This document shows, piece after piece, positions 10,671 through 19,806 of a stretch of DNA of 64,000 nt; the stretch's first letter is position 1, and each line of letters starts with the position of its first letter. The notes under the pieces were generated by a model. That model was not told the origin of the DNA, searched no databases, and was given only the letters and a program-made list of their open reading frames with translations. Source of the DNA: Bacteroidota bacterium (GTDB lineage: Bacteria; Bacteroidota; Bacteroidia; AKYH767-A; OLB10). The stretch is taken from the NCBI GenBank assembly GCA_016717325.1, contig JADKFV010000017.1:1533-65532 (forward strand). Reading direction: 5' to 3'. A program made the position numbers and the translations under genes.

Positions 10671-11845
10671 TGATTTATAATATAGAAAAACTGCGCAACA
10701 AATTATTGTTACCCATTGCTACAGAATGGATGGCAGAAAATGTAATGGATAAAAAGAATATTCCTTTACTAACACAAATGCAAAACGATGCATACAAACC
10801 ATCGCAAATAGCATTTCAGGTTGGGTTATTTTTGCTCACTTTTATTTTGGCTTTTTGCAGTGCCGGCCTGATTGCTATGTTTTTTGGATTTACAAATAGC
10901 AGCATGGCTTTCGGAATGATATGCTGTTTTTTTTCAATACTCAGTTTTGTTGCGGCCAATTATTTTATCAATACAAAATTGCATTTTAAAACCGGGGTCG
11001 ATACAGCCCTGTACTATTTTAGCATTATTAGCTTGATGCTTGGCATAGGTTTAATGCTCGATAATTTGTGGAACAATACCAGCACCCTCGTTGCTTTTTG
11101 TATGCTGTGCAGTGGGTTGCTTTTGCTTTACGCATTTCTGTTTTTCGATTTTGTGCTGGCCATGATTGCCATTATGGTATTTGCAACGGGATATGCAAAT
11201 GCCTTTTACGAAACAACAGCAATTATAAAACTTTGTGCCAGTTTACTTTTTCCATTTGTGTGTTTTGCTTTTTATAAAACCATACTCTATTTCGAATACA
11301 AAATGGATGTGGTATACCAAAACATTTTTCCTTATTGTAAATTCATGCTGGCAGTAGTTGCTTACATTGCTATCAACCGGTCGTTTATAAACGAAGTTTT
11401 TTTTGAGTATACTTTAAAATACCTCAATAAAAATGTGTTTGCTGCATTTTCTATTTTCTCTGTTGCATGGAGTTGGCTGCTTCCGTTAGTTTATATTTTT
11501 TACGGTTTATACAAAAACGAACGCTCGTTTCTTCTTGCGGGCATAACATGTATGGCATTGTTCATTTGTTCGATTCCGTATTTTCATCCTTCAGCTATTC
11601 CCGAAGTAATGATGCTGATAGGAAGTGTATCATGTTTTATTTTTGTTGGCCTGGCAAATTATTTTTTCAAAAACAATGCATGGAAAATAACACTACAAAA
11701 ATCGAAATACGATAGCGCAATCTTATCGAAAGAAATGCAAGGCATCATCCTGTCGCAAGCCATAGCAACCAAAACTATTTCGCAAGAAAGAACAGAATTT
11801 GGTGGTGGCAAGTTTGGTGGCGGGGGTGGTAGTGGGGAGTATTGA
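10670..11845 (+). CDS. Polytopic integral membrane protein (possibly DUF4401-like) with a Gly-rich C-terminal tail
   Basis: 391 aa, many TM helices. The C-terminus EFGGGKFGGGGGSGEY is encoded by G/T-rich DNA that runs straight into the GTATTGAG repeat arm. Confidence 0.5.
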   Translation: MIYNIEKLRNKLLLPIATEWMAENVMDKKNIPLLTQMQNDAYKPSQIAFQVGLFLLTFILAFCSAGLIAMFFGFTNSSMAFGMICCFFSILSFVAANYFINTKLHFKTGVDTALYYFSIISLMLGIGLMLDNLWNNTSTLVAFCMLCSGLLLLYAFLFFDFVLAMIAIMVFATGYANAFYETTAIIKLCASLLFPFVCFAFYKTILYFEYKMDVVYQNIFPYCKFMLAVVAYIAINRSFINEVFFEYTLKYLNKNVFAAFSIFSVAWSWLLPLVYIFYGLYKNERSFLLAGITCMALFICSIPYFHPSAIPEVMMLIGSVSCFIFVGLANYFFKNNAWKITLQKSKYDSAILSKEMQGIILSQAIATKTISQERTEFGGGKFGGGGGSGEY

Positions 11846-12030
11846 GATGTTTAGTATTGGGTATTGAGATGTTTAGTATTGAGACTTTGGGATTTTAGTA
11901 TTGAGACTGGTTGTATTGAGTATTGAGATTTTAGTGTTGAGACTTTGGAATTTTTGGAATTGAGATTTTTAGACTTTTGGTATTGGGATTATTGGATTTT
12001 TAGTTTTTGAATTTTTAATCTTTTAAGAAG
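11846..12030. repeat. Left arm of an IVS-like element: degenerate tandem (GTATTGAGA/TTTTAGTATTGGG)n low-complexity repeats
   Basis: Seen directly. It is the reverse complement of the 12540-12740 arm, sharing GACTTTTGGTATTGGG and GATTTTTAGTTTTTGA blocks. Confidence 0.75.
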
Positions 12031-12039
12031 AAATAGACG

Positions 12040-12415
12040 ATGCATAATTTTAAAAAACTACATGCTTGGAATGCTTCTATCGAAATGGTAACTGACGTAT
12101 ATAAATTCACAGAAACATTTCCCAAAACAGAAATCTATGGCTTAACAAATCAAATGCGGAGGTGTGCGGTTTCAATTTCATCAAATATTGCAGAAGGAGC
12201 TGGGAGGCCATCAAATCTAAAATTCAGAGTTTTTTTGGGGTACGCTTATGGGTCGAGTTGCGAATTAGAAACGTAAATGATTATCGCTAACAAATTAAAT
12301 TTCCTAAACTCCGAAACCCTCGAACGATTATCAGCAAGCCTAAGCGAAATACAAAAATGATTTTCAAACTATCGCAATCTTTAAAAGACGAAACCAAAAA
12401 ACAACCAAATTAAAT
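12040..12415 (+). pseudogene. Four-helix-bundle protein (23S rRNA intervening-sequence protein family) with an in-frame TAA at 12274-12276
   Basis: My translation gives ..FLGYAYGSSCELET*MIIANKLNFLNSETLERLSASLSEIQKMIFKLSQSLKDETKKQPN*. The family consensus has CELETQLII, so Q (CAA) has become TAA. The downstream frame is still intact. Confidence 0.75.
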
Positions 12416-12539
12416 GGCCTTCTAAATTTAAACTAAATCCAAAATCGAAAACTACCATTCTCTAAAAAATTCTACATAAAAAATACTCAATCCTAAATAT
12501 GTAAAAAACAATAGTTCCAATTCTTAAAATTTAAAAAAG

Positions 12540-12740
12540 TTCTGATACTGAAAAACTAAAAATCTCCACATAAAAAGTCTCAATACCCATTACTGTCAAT
12601 CTCAATACTCATAAACCAAAAGTCTCAATACCCAATAAAATCAATCTCAATACTCACAGTCTCAATACCCAATACTATCAATCTCAATACCCAATACCAA
12701 AAGTCTAAATACCCAATACTATCAATCTCAATACTAAAAA
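12540..12740. repeat. Right arm of the IVS-like element: (TCTCAATAC/CCCAATAC)n, reverse complement of the left arm
   Basis: Seen directly. Confidence 0.75.
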
Positions 12741-12746
12741 AAAATA

Positions 12747-13730
12747 CTACTTCCCCGCCAAGGCGTTCTTTAATTTTGTAATTACGTTTACTTCTACAGC
12801 ATCTATTCCTTTCATATCGGCAAGGTAGCAACTTATCCAGTCGCCAATATGCACAAGGTAAAGGGTGCGTGCCAGTTTTGATTCACCTTTCGACCATACT
12901 TCAATAATTGTTGATGTTACATTCGAAGCTACTTCTTTGGTATAGTCAAGTCGTGTTTGGGTGCGTATATAGTCATCGTTGTTGCGCATAAAAATTACGG
13001 CAAGGTTTTCATTTTTTTCAACCCACCCTACCAATTCATTGTGATTCATTTCGGGCAATGCATGATGCCAGCAAAGCATTTTGGAATTCTCGTTTATCTG
13101 TTGACGGAACCGAACACATACTCCTTCGTAACCGGCATCGCTATATAGAACAGCAATTTTGCCCATTACTTTTTTTGCTACTTCCATAGCTTCGGCTTGA
13201 GTTGCTTCTTCATTGGCCTGGAGCATTTTTATGGCATCGTTTATTTCGCCTAAAAACTTATCGCTGCACAACCCTTTTTTATTCAGCACAAAAAACAATT
13301 GCGTGAATGAATAACCAAACATTGCGCGTGGTGGCATTCCTCCGGGAATAATAATATTTTCGATACCGTTGGTGCGTGCCAGGTCAATTATTTTTCCTCC
13401 CGAAGCCACACAAACTATTTGCGCACCTTTTTTTAATGCCACTTCAAAAGCCTGCACAGTTTCTTCGGTATTGCCCGAGTAGGAACAAACTATAACAAGT
13501 GTATGTTGATTGATAAATGCTGGCGGAAAATAATCTTTACATACTACAACCGGCACTGCAAGTTCCTGGTCTAAGCATTGCGCGGCTATAGTGCCACCTA
13601 TGCCCGACCCGCCAAGGCCTGTAATAAGCACATTACGAATTTCGATTTCCCGTTTTGCAATCGCAGCATTTTGTCCTATTTCGATTGCGGCACTAAGGTG
13701 GGCCGAAAAATCGGCAACTAAATTTTTCAT
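12747..13730 (-). CDS. Bifunctional phosphoglucose/phosphomannose isomerase (SIS domain)
   Basis: 327 aa. Motifs ITGLGGSGIGG and VCSYSGNTEET, and the overall PGI/PMI family layout. Confidence 0.75.
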   Translation of the reverse strand: MKNLVADFSAHLSAAIEIGQNAAIAKREIEIRNVLITGLGGSGIGGTIAAQCLDQELAVPVVVCKDYFPPAFINQHTLVIVCSYSGNTEETVQAFEVALKKGAQIVCVASGGKIIDLARTNGIENIIIPGGMPPRAMFGYSFTQLFFVLNKKGLCSDKFLGEINDAIKMLQANEEATQAEAMEVAKKVMGKIAVLYSDAGYEGVCVRFRQQINENSKMLCWHHALPEMNHNELVGWVEKNENLAVIFMRNNDDYIRTQTRLDYTKEVASNVTSTIIEVWSKGESKLARTLYLVHIGDWISCYLADMKGIDAVEVNVITKLKNALAGK

Positions 13731-13896
13731 AACTTAATTATTAGAATTATTCCGGTGCGAAAGTAACAATGCCTTTGATTGTAAAAAATGATTGTTGTTT
13801 TAAATTGTCATCATGCCAAAAAACAGAAGCTATAGAAAACAAAAAAGCGTCCTGTGTTTTTAATACAGAACGCTCGATTATGTTTTGTGCAAATAT

Positions 13897-14721
13897 TTAT
13901 GCCTCTATGGTTTCTTCTTCGGCTATAAGTTCGTAAAACTCATTGTAGGCTTTTATATAATTTTCTTCGGGATGCTTTAAGCATGGCTTGCCCGATTTTT
14001 TAATATGTGCAGCATACTCTTTTGGCATATCTTCTCCCATTTGAATAAATGCGTCCGACTTCGACATGGCATTAAGCACAATGTTTGAATAGGTAGGGTC
14101 TTTCAATTCTTTCACATCCGAAGCGGCAATACCTTCCATCATCAATTTTTTCGAATACTCAGGATTAAAGGTATCCTCAAACGAATCATTATAAAGAGAA
14201 TAAACAACTTTGGCATTTTTAAAATGTGGGTCTTCTTTATAACTGGTTTTAATGAACAATGGAATCAAACTCGTCATCCAGCCGTGGCAATGAATAACAT
14301 CGGGCTGCCATCCAAGCTTCTTTACAGTTTCTAATACTCCGCGGCAATAAAAAATGGTACGGTCGTCATTGTCTTTAAAATGTTTGCCCTTGGCATCGGT
14401 CACAGTTGCTTTGCGTTGAAAGTATTCTTCGTTATCAATAAAATAAACCTGCATGCGTGCCGATTGAATACTTGCTACCTTAATAATGAGTGGATGGTCG
14501 GTGTCGTCAATAATGAGGTTCATTCCAGAGAGGCGTATTACTTCGTGTAATTGATTGCGTCTGTCGTTGATGGTTCCGTACTTGGGCATAAACACCCTGA
14601 TTTCTTTTCCTGATTCCTGAGTTCCCTGGGGTAAGTAGCGACAAATTTTCGATAATTCTGTTTCGTCTAGGTAAGGGGAAATTTCTTGTGTCACAAAGAG
14701 CACTTTCGTTTTTTTCATCAT
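13897..14721 (-). CDS. Glycogen synthase, short Bacteroidetes type
   Basis: 274 aa. KVLFVTQEISPY start and HCHGWMTSLIPLF motif typical of the about 270-aa Bacteroidetes glycogen synthase. Confidence 0.7.
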   Translation of the reverse strand: MMKKTKVLFVTQEISPYLDETELSKICRYLPQGTQESGKEIRVFMPKYGTINDRRNQLHEVIRLSGMNLIIDDTDHPLIIKVASIQSARMQVYFIDNEEYFQRKATVTDAKGKHFKDNDDRTIFYCRGVLETVKKLGWQPDVIHCHGWMTSLIPLFIKTSYKEDPHFKNAKVVYSLYNDSFEDTFNPEYSKKLMMEGIAASDVKELKDPTYSNIVLNAMSKSDAFIQMGEDMPKEYAAHIKKSGKPCLKHPEENYIKAYNEFYELIAEEETIEA

Positions 14722-14922
14722 ATCTTTCTATTTTATCTTAATTGAGGCGCAAAAGTAATAATAAATTAATCGTTAAACAACAAAGACAACGAGTAATAAA
14801 CAAGTATGGTAATTAAGCATATGGGCTAATGGCTTAAATAAAGTGGCGAATAGCTACAAATAGCCAACTAATGGTTTTAATGTGTATAAAAATGCCTGTT
14901 AAATATTGCTTAGCCCGTTCAT

Positions 14923-15339
14923 TTAGTCGATGGTGGCTATCACTTTAAGTTCAATACCTATGGGAGTGGGCAAACAATTTATCTCTAAAGTGGTGCGGCA
15001 AGGAGGATTCACCTTAAAGTACTCGGCCCATAATCGATTGTAAACAGGAAAGTCGTTTTTCATATTGGTGAGATAAACCGTTACATCAACAATGTTTTCC
15101 CACCGGCTGCCACTGTCTTCCAATATAGCTTTCACATTTTTGAACACCGAATGGCACTGTGCCTCAATGTCGTAAGAAAGCACATGACCATTTTCGTCCT
15201 GTTTTACTCCGGGAATAATTTTAGTACCTCGTTCACGCGGACCCACTCCCGACAAAAATAATAGTTGCCCCACTCTTCGTGCATGTGGATAATGTCCCAC
15301 CGGTTCGGGTGCATTGGTAGAATTTATACTCGACTCCAT
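14923..15339 (-). CDS. RidA/YjgF family reactive-intermediate deaminase
   Basis: 138 aa. PEPVGHYPHARRVGQLLFLSG .. CRTTLEI typical of RidA. Confidence 0.85.
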   Translation of the reverse strand: MESSINSTNAPEPVGHYPHARRVGQLLFLSGVGPRERGTKIIPGVKQDENGHVLSYDIEAQCHSVFKNVKAILEDSGSRWENIVDVTVYLTNMKNDFPVYNRLWAEYFKVNPPCRTTLEINCLPTPIGIELKVIATID

Positions 15340-15609
15340 TGTTTTTAATTTTTTGTTGGTGGCAAAATTATCTTTTTCAATTTAGCATTTGACTCACTTT
15401 TGAAAGTATTTCCTTCTAAGCATTAAGAAAACAAATGCTAAATAAGTTTTTGCTGCAAATGGGATTAATAAATACCGAATAATCATGTTGAATCTTTTTA
15501 TTCGAACTATTCAAGTTGCCATTGAAACTTTATTGAAGATGAAATACTTTTTTTTGCATATGTAAACCTTGTTATGCTTTGTGTTGTTATCTATTCAATC
15601 AAAAAAAAT

Positions 15610-15966
15610 ATGCAAAAAATATATCATCTGGCATCGTGCTCTACAAATCAGCGCATACTTGGCGAAGTAAAACCCGGAAAAAAAGTAGTGATGCAGGAAA
15701 TAAAAACCGAACCCATTACTGCCGCACAAATCGATGAGATGAAAAAACTTGCCGGCAGTTATGAGGCATTATTTAGCAAAATTGCCTTGAAGTACCGCAG
15801 CATGGGCCTCAACCAAATGCAACTCACCGAAAAAGATTACCGCAAATATATTCTTGAAGAGTATACTTTTTTGAAACGCCCGGTGATAATAAATGACAAT
15901 GAAATATTTATTGGCAACGCACCCAAAGTGGTGGAGGCTGCGAGAATTTCTTTACAAAAAAAATGA
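15610..15966 (+). CDS. ArsC/Spx/YffB family protein
   Basis: KIYHLASCSTNQRIL N-terminus (CxxT/S redox motif) and YffB-like length. The start was chosen at the internal Met. Confidence 0.65.
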   Translation: MQKIYHLASCSTNQRILGEVKPGKKVVMQEIKTEPITAAQIDEMKKLAGSYEALFSKIALKYRSMGLNQMQLTEKDYRKYILEEYTFLKRPVIINDNEIFIGNAPKVVEAARISLQKK

Positions 15967-15998
15967 TATTGTAATAATTCTTATTCCTTTGTGGCTTT

Positions 15999-16898
15999 GT
16001 GAAACTAAAGCCTAATCATAATCTTCTTGCACATTTGGCCGTACTATCTGCCAATATAATTTATGGAATAAATTATTCGGTGGCTAAAGAAGTAATGCCG
16101 CTCTACATTCAACCATTTGCCTTTATTTTTTTACGTGTTGTAAGTGCAGCTATTTTATTCAGCCTGGCACATGCATTATTCGTTCGCGAAAAAGTAGAAA
16201 AGCAAGATTATATTCCCCTGGCCATGTGTGGATTGTTTGGCGTGGCTATAAATCAGTTATTATTCTTTAAAGGCTTGTCGCTTACGCAGCCCATCAATGC
16301 AGCATTGATGATGACTACCAACCCCGTTCAGGTGATGTTACTGGCATATATTTTTTTGAAGGAGCGCATTACCAATGTCAAAATTTTTGGAATTACGCTT
16401 GGCCTTATTGGTGCGGCTTCTATCATTATCACCGGCAAACAAATTTCGATGAATGGCAGCACCATGCTGGGCGATACTTTCATTTTTCTTAACTCCCTTT
16501 CGTATGCTTACTTTATAATAATTGCCAAACCTCTTTTAAAAAAATACCATCCTGTTACAGTAATGAAGTTTGCTTTTTTATTCGGCAGCATCGTGGTTAT
16601 TCCTTTTGGGTTAAATGAACTTAGTGAGGTGCAGTGGCATGTAATTCCGGTTGAGGCCTGGTATAAAATCACCTTCATCATTCTTGCCACAACGTTTATT
16701 GCCTACTTGCTCAATACTTTTGCTCTGCGAAGATTGCCTTCGGGCACGGTGAGTATGTACATATACACACAACCGGTTTTTGCCACACTCATGAGTATTT
16801 ACTTAGGATTGGGACATCCTCAACCAATACACTTTATTGCAGCCACATTTATTTTTGTGGGAGTCTTTCTGGTGAGCAGGCCACAAGTGGCGAAGTGA
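15999..16898 (+). CDS. DMT-superfamily (EamA) transporter
   Basis: 299 aa, 10 TM helices, duplicated EamA pattern. Confidence 0.8.
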   Translation: MKLKPNHNLLAHLAVLSANIIYGINYSVAKEVMPLYIQPFAFIFLRVVSAAILFSLAHALFVREKVEKQDYIPLAMCGLFGVAINQLLFFKGLSLTQPINAALMMTTNPVQVMLLAYIFLKERITNVKIFGITLGLIGAASIIITGKQISMNGSTMLGDTFIFLNSLSYAYFIIIAKPLLKKYHPVTVMKFAFLFGSIVVIPFGLNELSEVQWHVIPVEAWYKITFIILATTFIAYLLNTFALRRLPSGTVSMYIYTQPVFATLMSIYLGLGHPQPIHFIAATFIFVGVFLVSRPQVAK

Positions 16899-17051
16899 GG
16901 AAAAGGTTTGGGATTTACAATTTGCAAAACAATTATAAAAAACCAGGGTAACTTTTGTTGTGTGCTAAACTGGAAAAATATCTTTATCGTATATGGTTAT
17001 AGTTGTACGTTACTGAGTGCAAATTAATTTCATTTCGCAGTTTTTATTCCA

Positions 17052-18092
17052 TCAAAAGTAAGTGTTCACAGCAAATTCAAATTGATTAATAAAGATGTTT
17101 TTGAAACTTGAAATATTATTTTGTTCATAAAAAACAAGCATCGCTTTTTTGTACATTATTGAGTCCACCGTGCGGAACGAAATTGGGCAATAATTGTAAT
17201 TTATTAAAATTGCATTGCTTACAATTCTTGCGGTACGTTTATTACCATCAACAAATGGCTGAATGTATGATAATAAAACCAGGGAGAGCAACGCCTTTTC
17301 AAATACACTCGATTTACTATTAACCAACTCGCACATCATAGATAACGCTTCCGATATTTGAAATTCATTTTCCAATGGCTTGTAATTAGTGCCCGATATA
17401 CCAACCCGGCTTTTTCTCAAGTTACGGTCAATTGCCAAATCTTTCACCAACAAACTATGTATATCTTCAATCTTCGAAACAGAAAGCGGATTCAAATAAT
17501 CGGGGTGTTTAATAATAAAGTCAATGGCTTCTTTATGATTCAGCAACATGATTGCTTCTTCTTTTGTTTTTCCCGAAGCGGTTTCTTTATCCTTAAGTAA
17601 TCTTTCTGTTTCGAGTATTGAATATGTGTTGCCTTCTATTTGGGATGACTTCCAACTTAAATCAATTGCTAATCGCTCAAGTTCCTTTAGGTACTCGGTT
17701 CTTGAAAGTTGTGAAATATTGCTTTCATAAATTTTTTGTAATGTATCGAGTTTGTCTATCTCGGCTTTGGTGAAAAGGCTATGTTTATTTAAAACTTCTG
17801 CAATTATTTCAATATTAAATGAATGCTTTATTTGTCGTTCGTCTATTTCCTTTTCAAAATACTTTTCAATGTCTAAAACTTTCAACAACTCAAATGCAGG
17901 AGAAACAGCATATCGAGTTCCTTTACCTTTTCCATCAATAGTCAATAAATTTTGTAGAACCAGCTTATTTAAAATCCTTTTAGTTGTGGAATAGCTTATT
18001 GAATCTGAAAGCAATTCATAGATTTCTTTTGAAGTGCAGCCTCTTTGAGCACTAAGAAATTCTAAAATTATTGATTCGTTATTGGTGGCCAT
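17052..18092 (-). CDS. Fic family protein with N-terminal winged-helix domain and a non-canonical Fic motif
   Basis: 346 aa. N-terminal wHTH (TSKEIYELL..TTKRILNKL). Inhibitory-helix motif SSQIEGN. Fic motif reads QPFVDGNKRTAR, where the canonical form is HPFxDGNGRxxR. Confidence 0.8.
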   Translation of the reverse strand: MATNNESIILEFLSAQRGCTSKEIYELLSDSISYSTTKRILNKLVLQNLLTIDGKGKGTRYAVSPAFELLKVLDIEKYFEKEIDERQIKHSFNIEIIAEVLNKHSLFTKAEIDKLDTLQKIYESNISQLSRTEYLKELERLAIDLSWKSSQIEGNTYSILETERLLKDKETASGKTKEEAIMLLNHKEAIDFIIKHPDYLNPLSVSKIEDIHSLLVKDLAIDRNLRKSRVGISGTNYKPLENEFQISEALSMMCELVNSKSSVFEKALLSLVLLSYIQPFVDGNKRTARIVSNAILINYNYCPISFRTVDSIMYKKAMLVFYEQNNISSFKNIFINQFEFAVNTYF

Positions 18093-18135
18093 TTGAAAAT
18101 ATTAAGCTCACAAATATATGATTTGTAGCTCAACA
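18083..18135 (-). promoter_or_regulatory. Putative Bacteroidetes promoter/leader of the Fic gene (-7 TATATTTG). Duplicated at 19118-19165.
   Basis: About 50 bp (TTGAAAATATTAAG-N2-CACAAAT-N3-ATTTGT-GCTCA plus the ATGGCCACC start) is shared between the two gene starts. The -7 element matches TAnnTTTG. Confidence 0.45.
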
Positions 18136-18256
18136 ACCTAAAAATTTGAGCTTCAATTGGATAAGTTGTGAGCCACAAATTGAATTTACTATTTAAAAAC
18201 TTAACGAGAACAAAACAAACATTGACCTTTTTTACATGCTGCACTGAACGTTATTC

Positions 18257-19128
18257 TCATTCTTTATTGTCCCACATTTCACACTTTTCAATTTGAAAAA
18301 ATGCTCCGTTTAAATACTTGTACTTGTTTTTGTATTTATGTTGCAACCCTTCCATTTCGTTGTCGCCACCATATATTGAGTCGTCATTTGAGGCTGCAAA
18401 ATATTCATACGAAAAAATTTTTTCCAGGCTATCGTATTCAAAAATTTTCAAATCGTCCTGGCGTCCATCAAACTCTGCAATCAAATCAACATGATATGAA
18501 GTTGTATCCAATGTAATAGCAATTGCCAGCGAAGCAAGGCATGTATTACATGTTTGCACGCTTCCAATCACAAAATATTTTTGAGCCGCACTGTCCACCA
18601 AAAACACTTTATCGTAAATAGAAGTGGCCATGGCTTCGTAATCTTCGCTACCAAAAAGCTCAGCATGCACCGTACCATCTGCAAGGCGATAATGTATTAT
18701 TGTAATGTTTGTTCGATATGAGCCACCGGTTTTTTCATCAATCGAAAAGAAAAATATTTTATTGTCATTCGATTTTGAAATATAAATTCCCTCTTCAAAA
18801 GAAGCTTCTCAATGGGATAATTAATTATTCGTTTATCATTCAGTAAAGCTAAAAGTTGTGCAGTAATGCTATTGCCGATGGAGTCAATAAATTCAAATCT
18901 ATCTTTGTTGTCGGAAAATGGCGAAAGTGTGTCGTAAGATTTAAGCAACAAATTTATCTCCTCAATTTTTTGTATGATTTCGTTACCATTTTTTTTGTGT
19001 GATTTATTTTTCTGCTGACCAAACATCTGAGTTGGCAAAACGAATAAAAAAAACAATGGCAACATTTTCATCGTTGATTTAGCAAAAAAACATTTGAATA
19101 TTTTTGTAAGATAAATAATGGTGGCCAT
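18257..19128 (-). pseudogene. Hypothetical secreted protein, apparently split by a frameshift near 18700-18800
   Basis: Signal peptide MKMLPLFFLFVLPTQMFGQQ in ORF 18697..19128. The frame of 18257..18670 stays open upstream to about 18806 and overlaps the first ORF. Confidence 0.35.
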
Positions 19129-19165
19129 TTGAAAATATTAAGATTACAAATGTATTATTTGTTGC
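19118..19165 (-). promoter_or_regulatory. Duplicate of the Fic promoter/leader (-7 TACATTTG) driving the 19128 gene
   Basis: Sequence identity to 18083-18135 including the ATGGCCACC start codon context. Confidence 0.45.
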
Positions 19166-19235
19166 TCATCAGACTTAAGTTTTGAGATACATTTGGATTT
19201 GGAATGAGGCACTAAGTGAAAATAATAATTGTAAA

Positions 19236-19690
19236 TCTGTCCTCGGTTGGCGTCCCCGCCACCCGCCTTGCTGCATACATTATTTACATATAAACCAAAA
19301 TCATATGCTGCATTTGAGACAATCGATTTATTATCAAATCGCATTCTAGTGTATTGCTAAAAATCCGAAATAAATCATAGCAAAATATAAAAATTGCTGT
19401 GAAATATTTTTCGAAATAAGCGGGTGGCGGGGACGCCAACCGAGGACAAAGAAATCATTCAAAGCAGAATATAAAAATTGCTGTTATATTTTTTTGCAAA
19501 ATATGCGGGTGGCGGGGACGCCAACCGAGGACAAAATCGGAAATCATTCATAGTAGAGTTTAAAAATTGTTTTGAAATATTTTTGAGATGTAAGCGATTG
19601 GCAGGGACGCCAACCGAGGACAAGGAATTGCTTTGTAATGTTTTGAGAAATAAACGGGTGGCTGCGAAGACAACCGAAGACAAGCAAAAA
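19236..19690. repeat. GC-rich tandem array: 4 direct copies of an about 85-bp unit containing GCGGGTGGCGGGGACGCCAACCGAGGACAA, plus one inverted copy at 19236-19268
   Basis: Core copies at about 19420, 19504, 19591 and 19655 (degenerate). The AT-rich parts between cores are also similar to each other, so this is not CRISPR. The cores are GC-rich inside an AT-rich genome. Confidence 0.8.
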
Positions 19691-19806
19691 CCAACAGCCA
19701 AATACCTCAACACCCTCCCCTCCTCATTCACCATCAATTAACGTTTGGCAGTAGAATAATTTCCTTTACCTTCGCCCACTTAGCATTATCTATATTATAC
19801 ATAATT

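Noticed and set aside
19236-19690. Possible CRISPR array (regularly spaced GC-rich 30-mers)
   Set aside because: The intervening segments are similar to one another, so the whole 85-bp unit is repeated. True CRISPR spacers are unique. No cas genes are nearby.
19144-19741. ORFs 19144..19344, 19459..19737 and 19478..19741
   Set aside because: They lie entirely within the GC-rich tandem array and overlap on both strands, so they are artefacts of the repeat.
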